NCBI RefSeq assembly: GCF_963506605.1
Contig: NC_083276.1
Location: 44,020,001 to 44,084,000 of the forward strand
DNA from: Zootoca vivipara
Taxonomy: Eukaryota
Length of the DNA stretch: 64,000 nucleotides
Reading direction: 5' to 3'
Positions within the stretch are counted from its first letter, which is position 1. Each line of letters begins with the position of its first letter. The notes beneath the pieces are model-generated. The model was given only the letters and a program-made list of their open reading frames with translations, was not told the origin of the DNA and ran no database searches. This document shows, one piece after another, positions 1 through 25,266 of this stretch. The translations under genes and the position numbers were made by a program.

Positions 1-606
1 CATTCCTTCTGCTCAACCTTCTGAGGGCCACATGCCAGTGATATAAAAGGTCAAAGACGGAGATGTCAATTTTGTTTTTGAATAGTAACCGAATTCCTGC
101 ACAGTCCTCTTGATCATACATCCATTTAGGACATATTCTAGCCTGGCATAATTGCTCAAGGAAGTTGTGAAGCCAATGAGGGTGTGGCCTAGGGAGAGTT
201 CTAGGGGCCAGACAAAGGCAGCATATGACCCCTGAGTTTCTCATTTCTGCTATGGGCCAAAGAAGCTGCCATGACCAATTGCAATCGGTGGAATCGAACC
301 AAGTAGTTCTGCTAGTGCAAGGGTTACGATTTGCATAATGAAACCGCACATGCCATCCCCAAATCTGCTCTGGAGGGTTCAGAAAACCCTAGAAAATATT
401 TAGGGGACATACAAGGGAGAGAGGAGAGGGAGGGGAAGTTCTGTCGCACAGCCAGAAATTCTTGGTGCTAGTGGAAATAAGGCATTTGAAATAACAGAGT
501 GGTTAGAGAGGATGTGCCCAGGTATTCTTATACTCATGGCCGTTTTCAGATTCTGTCACAAGGTTTTAAATGCACAATGGATTCCATGAATATTTGGAGC
601 ACTTAC

Positions 607-14777
<14,171 letters not shown>

Positions 14778-17700
14778 AGTGAACACTTTGAAAATGTCTT
14801 ATCCGACCCCTACAAACAGGGAAAAAATAAACTGTATTCAGTAACACTTCAACAGTTTCCTAGTTTTTATGAAAAACCAAGTGTGACATTAAAACAACCA
14901 AGCACACCATTTATTTTCATTCTGTCATTCACATCTTCAGTTTAGCTACAGTTCTTTTTCATAGCAACCTAATTGCTATCTCTCTTTGATCAAGAACTAA
15001 AGTAATGTTTCTGAGCACCAATGGTGGCCATTTAATCTTTGACTGGAAGATGGATACATTGAAGAACCGAAATACGTTGGATAAAATTCAAAGTTTACTT
15101 GCAGTACGTTCCTGGAGCAAAAATGTAGGCACAAATGGTGCAATTTAATGACCTTATTGTCATGGAAGGATAGTTCTTTTGTAAAAAACTACATTTTTAT
15201 CAATAATTTTTCTTGCTATTTCAGATGAAAATCAAATCAAAGTTTTGATAAATTCAAGATAAAACCGGGAGCATGTCTTGACCACTACAGAAAATGATTG
15301 AATTTTAAAGATTAAGCAGGATAGGATATGTATAGCAATACCATCACACAGCACATCAGTTTTTGTTCACATCCTAAACAGTCAGGTTAAAGTAGATATA
15401 TGCAAATATATCTTCTACACTGATTATTTAACGATGCTAGATATTCATACTAACAGATATATCAGAAATATGTATAACTGCTTTGAGTAGTATATAACGG
15501 TAGGTATTTTTTTTTTTACAATCGAGTGATATATAGCTTTATTAAATAAATAAATAGTATATGAAATTAGGCATTTCAGGAAGCAGTAATGTAAGTCCAG
15601 TATTTTTCGGGGGGGAAGGGGGGGGATATCCTTCCTGGAATAAAATGTCTGAAGGTGAACTGTCACATGGTGAATGCATAGGAATTTGCAAACTAGGATG
15701 CAGCTGGTGAAACGTAAGAGCAATAGCTATGAGCCCCACTTTCTATGTTAGTTTTGGGCTCTTATTGGGGCATCTTAGGTTAACTGCCAGCCACTATTGC
15801 TAATACAGGAATAACACTGCACTAAGGTACAAGTTTATTTTAATAACTACTGAGATAATAGGTGGGATGTGATAGCAATAAATACTTATAGCATTCTGCT
15901 TAACTAGTATTAAACAGGAAGTCTCACTGGGCTAAACACAAGCTCTGGGGCTTGTGTTGCCTTCTCCTAACTGAAACAGACAATCCTACTATAATATTAT
16001 AGTATATTGAGAATACCAGACAACATGCGCAGATAGATTACAGGACAGGATTGCATAAAAGTATTTCCCCAGAAACATAGGTCGAGGGTCAATATTTAAA
16101 ACACCCTTAATACAGGACGCAAACCGCTGCATAACAGCTACTATGTTAAGAGACTGCAGAATCTGCCATTATTAGAATGCATGCTTTCATCTTTCTTGTA
16201 CCATTTGTACACACTGCCTAGCAGTTACCTTCAAAAACTGCTGAAGGTTTTAACTCACAGGAAGCAATGTTTCCAAAGTATAAAGCACAGTTGTAAGTAA
16301 CTGAGGAAGAGCTCTTATGTAGAGAGAGTCATTAACAAACTACCCGGTGAAATTCTGTCAGGTACAGACATTTAAGGTGTGTGTGTGTGTGTTACGCTGG
16401 AAAGTGTCTCCCACTCCAAGCAGAAAACTTTAAAGCATCTATTCAGGGGGGAAAGCCCAACCCTCAATAGCTATGGCATAACTTTCATGACTCTAAGATG
16501 AAAAGAATGCCGTTCAAGATCACTGCAGTCAAGCAGCAAAATTATAAACATCCTTTTAAACTTCTGAAGCTTACTTTAATGTGAAAAGGAACTTGGGAGT
16601 ATTCTTAAAAGCGGGAGGTGCTAATCCTTATACGGAATATTGTAGATTTCCTTGTCGGCTATAACCTGCTCTCTGTGCCTAATATTCTATGTGAGCATTG
16701 CTTTGTAGTTGATGAATTAATGCTCACTGTTTGTTTAGCATATTGCTTAAAATTGGCTTGGTGTTTCTGGAATTTGTTGGGAAGCCAAATACTTAATAGG
16801 CACAGCAAGGTCACTAGAGTAGGCCCAGCTTTTAGCATCACTTAGCACACTCCGTTAAAGTGACTTTTACCAAGCGGATCTAAAATTACACCTGCTTTGG
16901 TGAATTAGAGTATCAGAGTAACTATACATGATCACAAGAAGAGTTTAAAAGGATTCCCGTCAGCTGCCCAATCAACTGCAGCCACTTATGGGAGAAGGCT
17001 AAAAATACTGGCTGAGGTCAGCTGCTATTGGCTGTCACTATGAGAGGCAAGGACAAGCTTCTTTCTGCAAAGGGACCGCTCAGACTGCACTCAAAGAGGC
17101 AACAGGTTCTGGTCTAGAATCAAGTTCTCAAGGGCTCTTTCATGTCACCCAGAGAAGGTCACAGGAGGAATAAAATGCCTGTGAAGAAAAGAGGGGTGCA
17201 GCAGGGCCCCCCTTGTTCTATTTGTGAGCCAGGTGACCTCACTCATCCATTTACCTGGCAGGTGTGACACTCCCATCAGGAAGGCCTTGGGGATTGGCGC
17301 CACACCTGCTTGGAAACAGCAGGCAAAGCCAGGAAACTAAGGACCATTTGGGCAATGGGAGCAGCACAGGGAGTGAGGATGGGCTGGTTCAAAAGAGGAA
17401 CAAGAAATCTATGCAAAGAGGTGGCAGAACCCCAAGGCACAGGCTTTCCTCCAATGAAAGAAGGGCACCAGTTTCCTAGAGAAAGTGCTATGAGAGGAGG
17501 CAATCCCTCAGGAATCCTGGGTCCAAGCCGTTACAGCCGGCCAGCCAAACCTTTTTCAGACCAACAGCGACATTCCTTCTGGGCAACCTTCCAGGAGCCA
17601 CATACCAGTGGCAGGTGAAGCCAGAGGCAAAAGTGGAAGGAGCAACAAATGTAAATTTTGCCTTTGTACAGTAACCAAGGTCCTAGACACCCTTTGTATC

Positions 17701-18099
17701 ACCCATGGAGGGAAGCATTATCAGAACTGAAGGACACATTTCAGGTGGGCAAAAACACTCAAGGGGTTGCAAACAGGGCCAGTGAGAGATGTGGTCTGGG
17801 GAGAGTTCTGAGGACCAGGTACCGTAGAGAGGCTTGGAGGGCTGCATTTTGCCCCTAGGCCTGAGGTTCCCCACCCCTGCATTAAGGCTTTAAAGGTAAT
17901 CATCAATAAGCTGAGTTGTGCCTTGGAGCAAACTGGCAGTTGGAACACACAGAACAGATGTAACATGGTCCTGCAATGGTTATGTGGCCACTAAAATCCT
18001 TGCTGATGCATTCTGGATCAACTGCAGCTTCCAAAGGCTCTTCAAAGGTAGTCCCATGTATAACACATTGGCCTTCCCTATATAATAAAAAATAAAACA

Positions 18100-18278
18100 T
18101 TTATATCTCACCTTTCCTCCAAGGAACTCAAGGTGGCCTACACGGTTCTTCCTCCCCCCATTTTATCCTCCCAACCATCCTCAGAAGTCAGTCAGGCTGA
18201 GAGACAGTGAACAGTGAGGATTTGAATCTAGGTCCCCCAGACCCAAATCCAACACTCTAACCATTACACTACACTGGT
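18100..18278 (-). mobile_element. MIR/Squam-like SINE
   Basis: tRNA-like head on the minus strand (cagtgtagtgtaatggttagagtgttgga...gattcaaatcc) and an L2-like tail. Confidence 0.65.
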
Positions 18279-18455
18279 TATTCCAGGGACTGACCAGGAC
18301 TTTGACAGGATCAAAGGCTGAAGCAGTCGGAAACTCACCTGGGGCAGTCAGGAAAACTTTTGGCTCCACCTTGGTTCAACGGTGGATGTCCCACACCTTT
18401 TCAGAGGTTAGAAGCTTTTGTGAGTTGAAAAGGACCGTATATTGCCCCTCCATAC

Positions 18456-18665
18456 CCAGAATTGATGCTTTTGAATTATGGTGCTGGAGGAGACTCTTGA
18501 GAGTCCCATGGACTGCAAGAAGATCAAACCTATCCCAATTCTTAAGGAAATCAGCCCTGAGTGCTCACTGGAAGGACAGATCGTGAAGCTGAGGCTCCAA
18601 TGCTCCCTGATGTTGGGAAAGATGGGGTCAGGAAGGGTCGGAAACGACTAAACAACAACAACAAC
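18456..18665 (+). mobile_element. BovB (RTE) LINE 3' fragment, internally deleted
   Basis: RIDAFELWCWRRLLRVPWTARRSN; (CAA)n tail. Confidence 0.9.
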
Positions 18666-18814
18666 CCAGATCACTCTTCTCCTGGACAGAACAAAAAAAC
18701 CAAGTCCAGCATATGTCCTGGACCTATGGTTGCCATGGAGGCAGAACCTCCAAACCTACCCCACAGCGCTTTTTAGGAAGTAGTGAGTGGTGGACCCAGT
18801 CCAGTTTGGCATAA

Positions 18815-19655
18815 TAATATTATAATAATTTTTTATTTATACCCCGCCCATCTGGCCAGGTTCCCCCAGCCACTCTGGGTGGCTTCCAAAAAAATATTAA
18901 AATACAGAAATCCATCAAACATTAAAAGCTTCCCTAAACAGGGCTGCCTTAAAATGCCTTCTAAAGGTCTAGTAATTGTTATTCTCTTTGACCTCTGGTG
19001 GGAGGGCACTCCACAGGGTGGGTGCCACTACCGAGAAGGCCCTCTGCCTGGTTCCCTGTAACTTGGCTTCTCATAGCGAGGGAACCGCCAGAAGACCCTC
19101 AGCGCTGGACCTCAGTGTCCGGGCAGAACAATGGGGGTGGAGACGCTCCTTCAGGTATACTGGACCGAGGCCATTTAGGGCTTTAAAGGTCAGCACCAAC
19201 ACTTTGAATTGTGCTCGGAAACGTACTGGGAGCCAATGTAGGTCTTTTAGGACCGGTGTTATGTGGTCTCGGCGGCCGCTCCCAGTCACCAGTCTAGCTG
19301 CCGCATTCTGGATTAGTTGTAGTTTCCAGGTCACATTCAAAGGTAGCCCCACGTAGAGCGCATTACAGTAGTCCAAGCGAGAGATAACTAGAGCATGCAC
19401 CACTCTGGCGAGACAGTCCGCAGGCAGGTAGGGTCTCAGCCTGCGTACCAGATGGAGCTGATAAACAGCTGCCCTGGACACAGAGTTGACCTGCGCCTCC
19501 ATGGACAGCTGTGAGTCCAAAATGACTCCCAGGCTGCACACCTGGTCCTTCAGGGGCACAGTTACCCCATTCAGGACCAGGGAGTCCTCCACACCTGCCC
19601 GCCTCCTGTCCTCCACAAACAGTACTTCTGTCTTGTCAGGATTCAATCTCAATCT
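18815..19655 (-). mobile_element. L2 LINE 3' fragment, young (open frame 19071-19703)
   Basis: LNPDKTEVL..LGVILDS..LVISRLDYCNALYVGLP..KLQLIQNAAARL..HITPVL..LHWLPV; AT-rich tail. Confidence 0.92.
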
Positions 19656-19674
19656 GGCATCTATCTGTCTAGAG

Positions 19675-20215
19675 CAGGGGTCGGCAAAAAATGTCCGGTC
19701 CACTGTCCCTCAGACCTTGTGGCAGGCCGGAGAAGTAGCACGTGGGGGGGGGCTGAAAGAAGAGGTGAGGGGGGCAAGTAGTCCACCTCCCCAACCCCCA
19801 CCCATTGTGCTTACCTTCCCTGGGGCTGCCGCCGCTGCCACCACCACCGCTGCTGCTGCTTCTCGTGGGTAGGCAGAGCTCATCCGCTCCACTCTCTGGC
19901 CCACAGGAGCACCAGGGCAGCAGGAAGATGAGCGGCGCAAAAGGGCTGGCTCAGGAAAGGGATTGCTTAAAATGGCACTCAGCCAGCTCAACCCAGCCCC
20001 CTTCCTCCTCTAGGCAGGGCAGGGAGAAGACAGGAGGAGGGAGGGAGGAGGCACCGCTGCAGTGTGAGGAAAAGGGGGGAATGGAATGGCGCAGAAAAAA
20101 ATGGCGCAGCCCGAATGAATAGAATCCCTACGCCGATCCACTGACAGTCCGCGGGCCAGATCCTGAAGGCAATTGGGCCTGAGCTGGCCCGTGAACCTTA
20201 GTTTGCTGACCCCTG
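19675..20215. mobile_element. Non-autonomous hAT (Charlie-like) element
   Basis: TIRs CAGGGGTCGGCAAA / TTTGCTGACCCCTG; perfect 8-bp TSD GTCTAGAG. Confidence 0.92.
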
Positions 20216-20580
20216 GTCTAGAGACACAATGGAGTGTGCCTCCAGGGGCAAAGCCAAACTGCTGAAGAACCACAGAAGTGACCTCTCCAGGGCACAAGCT
20301 TGGGCAGTGTGTATGGAGGTCCTGGCTTGCCCAGTTGACAAGACCCCCCTCTCGACCTCATTGATGTAGTCTAAAGGAAAGCAGAGAAATGTTTAGCACC
20401 AGCTTGACAGCACTGTGGAAACAACAGTTCCATGAAGTTCACTGGGTGACCTCAGGCCAATCAGTCTGACCTAACTCCTTGTAAGAAGGATGAAATAGAG
20501 TGGTGAAACCATGTATGTCACTTTAGGGGCAGAAAGGAAGGATATACTGTAAATGTAATAAACAAACTACATAAGTAAAT

Positions 20581-20813
20581 AAAATAAAAAAATTCCTTCC
20601 AGTAGCACCTTAAAGACAAACTAAGTTTGTCATTGGTATGAGCTTTTATGTGCATGCACACTTTTTCTGTTTCAGTGTATCTGAAGAAGTGTGTGCATGC
20701 ACATGAAAGCTCATACCAATGACAAACTTACTTGATCTCTAAGGTGCTACTGGAAGGAATTTTTTAGTTTTGTTTCGACTACGGCAGACCAACATGGCTA
20801 CCTACCTACGGTA
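20581..20813. mobile_element. Penelope-like element remnant (inverted terminal repeats) with hammerhead motif
   Basis: Palindromic arms aaaattccttccagtagcacctta...; 13-bp direct repeat tacataag(t/c)aaat flanks it. Confidence 0.8.
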
Positions 20814-21149
20814 TACATAAGCAAATGTTCTGTTGTCTATTCCAACCAGTACACAACCTAGTGGAGAAAACCAGCCATAATGCCCACTTCTGCAGCAGAC
20901 CACAAAACCAAATCATACACCACATTAAGAACTCCTGTGCTACATACAGAATTGCAACGTGCCCCTCCTAACTTCACCCAGAAGCTATCACCCAGCAAGA
21001 TGGTCCAGACAGGCCCATCCACCACAGCTACCCTTTCCAGGGACTTGCTGCAGCAGCTCCAAATGAGTATCAGATCCTACCTGCAACTGTATGCTGGAAA
21101 TAAATAGCAGATTTGGCTTCTCTTTCAAGGAAAATGTTGTCCCATCAAA

Positions 21150-21510
21150 TGCTTTCATGGCCTCAGTGGTGCAGAGTGCCTTCCATCAGCTTCAGTTGGT
21201 GACCCAGATTATGTACACAGGGATAGCCTAACTTCTGTTGTCTATGCTCTGGTAACTTTTGCAATGTTTTATAGAAGGGACTACTTTCGAAGACAGTTCA
21301 GACACTGTAACTGGTGCATAATTTGGTGGCCAGGCCACTCACCAGGGCAAGATGCTCTGCGCACAGAACACCAATCCTGCACTGGCTACCAGATAACTTC
21401 TGGGCCTAATTCAAAGTGCTGGATTTGACCTATGAAGCCTTATGCAGCTGAGGAACCCAATGCCTCAGTGTCTGCCTTTCCCCATATGAACCAACCCAGA
21501 CATTAAGACT
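21150..21510 (+). mobile_element. Degraded L2 fragment
   Basis: ttccatcagcttcagttggt..., ctgcactggctacca...aattcaaagtgctg similar to the other L2 copies here. Confidence 0.6.
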
Positions 21511-22259
21511 TGATATCACAGTAACTCTTAAGTTTGGGTCATAATTTACAATTACCAGTTTCATGCTTGAAAACAAACTACATATATACATATTAAGTTG
21601 TACTAAGGGTTATTCTAATTTGTTCTTTGTGGACTGCATTCATATCTGTTACATAGAACAACTCTTGAAAGGCTTAAAAGTCACACAAACACTTTTTAGA
21701 ATGATCCAAGAAAATGTGTCAAACATCATTATGGAAGTTTGAAAAAACTACACCTCTGAAGTATTCCCAACAGCCAATACAATTTTTATTTTTAAAATAA
21801 AGTGGCGGCATCTTCAGCATTATTCTCTACTGTAGAGAGAACATTGTAACTCTGAGGAAAGTGCCCCAAATTTCCACACCACAGTTTAAGAAGCACTAGC
21901 AGATGCCAACATACCCATTTGCAGCAACATATTAAATGGTATGCAAAATGTATACATTAATAGTTAGCCCCCCCATACTTTATAGGATGCTCCTAATTAC
22001 AATGCTGCCTGCATGGTGCGTGCAAGTTGTGAAAGCTATAATGCAAGAAAAAATATGTCTCCGATATCACGCCCTAAAACAAGGTTTTTAGGTTAGGCTT
22101 TTACTGCCACAAGTGGGGCTTTGTGTTAGTCCTCCAATGTGTGCTTCAAAAGTACAAAATCTCGCGCAAAGGCTGCTTGCACGCTGCCCTCCAGCCTTAC
22201 GTGCTCGGCAGCCCTAACAACTTCATTTAAGATGGTTCCCCCGAACTGCCCCATCTCAT

Positions 22260-22900
22260 AAATAACCGGAGCTGTAGGTCTCGCATACTCGTGACCTACA
22301 GCCACCCCATCTACATTGTCGCCGTGCCTGCACTTAATCTCAGCCTCTCCTCCTCCCCACGCACTGGAGAGCCGTCCACCTCTCAGTACTCACAGGTCGT
22401 ACCCTCCTCACCCCGCTGCGTAGCCCAGGCCCATCGCCCAGCAAGATGGGCTGGCCAGGGCCCCCTCCCGCCGCCGCCGCCCCCGCCGCCTTCCCCGGTA
22501 CCGCCTCCTCCTCCGGACACTTGCCGACCCGAAAGAGACCCGCGCCACAACGCAGGAAGCGCCCCATCGATTTAGCCAATCGGAAAGCCCAAATCTTACG
22601 CGCCTTTGCATTCTGGGAAGAGTAGTTTTCGTGCCTCACAGAACCCGACTCGGCGGCGCTGTTTCCGATGGGAAACGACTCTTGCGAGAGAAAATTGTGG
22701 CCATGGCCATAGGACGCGGGGAATTTCGGGAGTTGTAGTTTTGCTCGCGGAGGAGGCGGAACTTGGGCACTTTCTGTTGAACTCGATTGGCGTTGCTTCC
22801 AGATGGCCATGCGCGGGAGCAGGTTGTAAGAGATGGATCCTTAGTTGGGACGAGGCCCTTCCGACGCAGTTCACAGTGGGACGTCTTTCTAAGCTCCCTG
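22260..22900. promoter_or_regulatory. CpG island / ZNF106 promoter and probable non-coding exon 1
   Basis: CpG/GC-rich; minus-strand donor-like gtgagt at ~22393 or gtgagg at ~22411; CCAAT boxes at ~22576 and ~22786 (opposite strands); two ZNF143/THAP11-type motifs at 22608-22627 and 22721-22740. Confidence 0.8.
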
Positions 22901-23679
22901 AAATGCAGCCATATACAGGAATTAGACATTATGATTACTACTAAGAAGCCTGTCTTGGAGACTAAGCTTGTTATCCCCGAGAATTCAGCTATTTAAACAT
23001 AAACTCAGCTGAATAATAATAAAAAAACCTGCGTGCGCAGACAAACCTGAAAGCTAACGCACGAATCTTTATTTATTGCACTTCAGCGGGAGAAAGTTGT
23101 AATACTGTACTGCCCTTCCAGCCAGTACATGGGACTTTAAGGAGATTTCTTTATTCCTTGCTTAAGTCTGTTTATTATCATATTGTTATGCTCAGAGAAG
23201 AATCTGGAAAATTCAGATATGTCGATCATAGAGGTAGACACATTTCTCAAAAACCTAAACTTTGATTAGCCTTTAAATGGAAAAGCAAGGACGTCTCCAC
23301 CGCAGTATCTGACCTGATGCAATGATTGCCACCGGCTTTGGCACTTTGAATCCATAACCAACTAAAGGAGAGGAAAGGAGAGCGCCAGCCAAAAAACAAC
23401 AACAACTCTCCAGATGAGCAGTCGTTTTAGTCTTTGGCAGCAAAATAAAGAGTCTTGTGACACCTGAGAGATCAACAAAGTTGTTATAGCATAAGTGTTT
23501 GCAGACTACTGTGCATTGCGTCAGATGCAAGAAGCGTTACCCAGAGTTATAGGTATGTGTGCACAAGTTTGGGAGGGTAGGTTATAGAAAGCGAGGCCAG
23601 ATGTAAACGGAATGCAGAAAACCAAACAGTGATTGGTGTTCTGGAAAGCGAAAGGAGGACGCGAAGTTTGACAGTCACT

Positions 23680-24520
23680 AGCTTTCACCAATAACTCGAA
23701 GCGGAAACGACTAGTGCAGTCCTGAGTGGGGGTTGCGGAGGAGGCGGGTGTTGTTGTCAAGGAGGGAGGAAGCGACACCTCGGCGGTCCAGGAGGAACTA
23801 GAGGGCGGAGGCTGTGAGGAAGTACTGTAGCCCGGGTGGGGCTTGGCCGAGCGAAGGGGCCCCCGCAGACTCGAGGCAGAGCGGAGCGACCTGTGGCGGA
23901 AGGCCCGAGCTCCCGGGTGCGGGGCTGGAGAGGAGGGCGAGGGCTGGTCGTCTCCGAAGCCGTGTGGGTGAGCCTCGAAAGGGAAAGCAAGGAGGGGGTG
24001 GCGGGGAATCCGGGGGTGGGGAGAAGTAGGCTCGCTGAGTAAGTGTGAATGAGTGCAGCGGCGTGCACTGGAAGGTGCGAGTGCGGGGTCGGCTCGGAGG
24101 GGAGCGAAAGGGGAGGTCGAGCGAGGTCAGGGTGCCGGAGGCAGGTGGGGCGCTCAAGGTGCCCGGGAAAGGAAGGGGCCGGGTGGGCGTCTCTCGGCTT
24201 CATACATATATGTACAGGGTATATATCTATATATAATGGTCGGCTGGGCTGGAGGCTGAACCTGGGCGAGGATCTGCGGCGAGTGGCCCAGGAATGCGGG
24301 CGGATGAGGAGCCCTGCGGAAGGAAGGGAGGAAGGAAGGAGAGAGGGGGAGGCGGATAGTGCAGGAAGCGGCGAGGAGGGAGGGAGAGGCAGAAGCGCCA
24401 CTCTCGCATCCCCGGGAGCGGAGGGACCTCGGCGGGCGAAGCTGCCCTGCCGCCCCTTCCCGGCTTCCGGGATGCCTGCCTGGGACTGGCCTCCCTTCCA
24501 GGCCCCGCTTGGTCTGGGGA
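23680..24520 (+). promoter_or_regulatory. CpG island / SNAP23 promoter and probable non-coding exon 1
   Basis: CpG/G-rich on +; candidate donors gtgagc at ~23968 and gtaagt at 24039; exact exon 1 not resolved. Confidence 0.7.
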
Positions 24521-24612
24521 GTTAGGGATTCGTGAAGGAATGTGGCCAACCGGCTTCCTCTCCCCAGAGCTGCCCTATATTTCATGCTACCTGTATATCA
24601 TTACTACATAAG

Positions 24613-24702
24613 CAAAATGAAAAAATTCCTTCAGTAGCACCTTAAAGACCAACTAAGTTTATATTTTGGTATGAGCTTTCGTGTGCATGCACACTTCTTC
24701 AG
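24613..24702 (-). mobile_element. Single-arm Penelope-like remnant
   Basis: Same arm sequence as the 20581 and 48266 copies. Confidence 0.75.
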
Positions 24703-25130
24703 GAAAAGGATTACATAAGGTGTGAATGAATCCTTTTTCTGAGCACTTAATTCCTGAGGGTGGTTTAGAATGGAAAGGCACTTAATGGAGAAGGTAACTT
24801 TTGTTTAGGGGCGTTCCCATGCAGAGGGTACATAAAACAAGTGAGTAGGCATTTCAGAGTAATAATAGTAGCTGGTTTATGGAAAATAGAGTTTAAGGCA
24901 TACTTTTATCATTCACAGTATACTCTACAATTGAAAGTTCACTCAGGGGTCAGTGTAGGACACCTGCAAAGGCACACACCAAAGCAGGGTCTGCTGGTCC
25001 TTTTCCTCCTTGCTGTTTCTGCTTTTTAACGTGCCCTCTCCAAGACATGCCATTAGTTTAAAACACATGTCTTCTCCCAAAGAATCCTGGGAAGTGTGGT
25101 ACATACACAGTCCAAGAGTATGGTCAAGGA

Positions 25131-25266
25131 CAGGCACCCCCAAACTGCAGCCCTCCAGATGTTTTGGCCTACAACTCCCATGATCCCTAGCTAACAGGAC
25201 CAGTGGTCGGGGAAGGTGGGAATTGTAGTCCAAAACATCTGCAGGGCCGAAGTTTGGGGATGCCTG
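25131..25266. mobile_element. Palindromic hAT MITE (136 bp)
   Basis: TIRs CAGGCACCCCCAAACT / AGTTTGGGGATGCCTG; perfect 8-bp TSD GTCAAGGA. Confidence 0.92.

Noticed and set aside
17264-17618. Cluster of 70-100 aa ORFs in the ZNF106 first intron
   Set aside because: No recognisable homology or convincing splice sites; next to degraded L2 sequence.
19071-19703. 210-aa ORF as a host gene
   Set aside because: It is the L2 ORF2 C-terminus; its apparent start comes from the adjacent hAT element.
22291-24585. Many overlapping Pro/Gly/Arg-rich ORFs
   Set aside because: Expected stop-codon depletion in GC-rich CpG islands; no recognisable domains.
20568-24719. Shared tacataag flanks at two Penelope remnants as evidence of target specificity
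   Set aside because: Only two sites, partly overlapping the element's own A-rich end, and the third copy has a different TSD.
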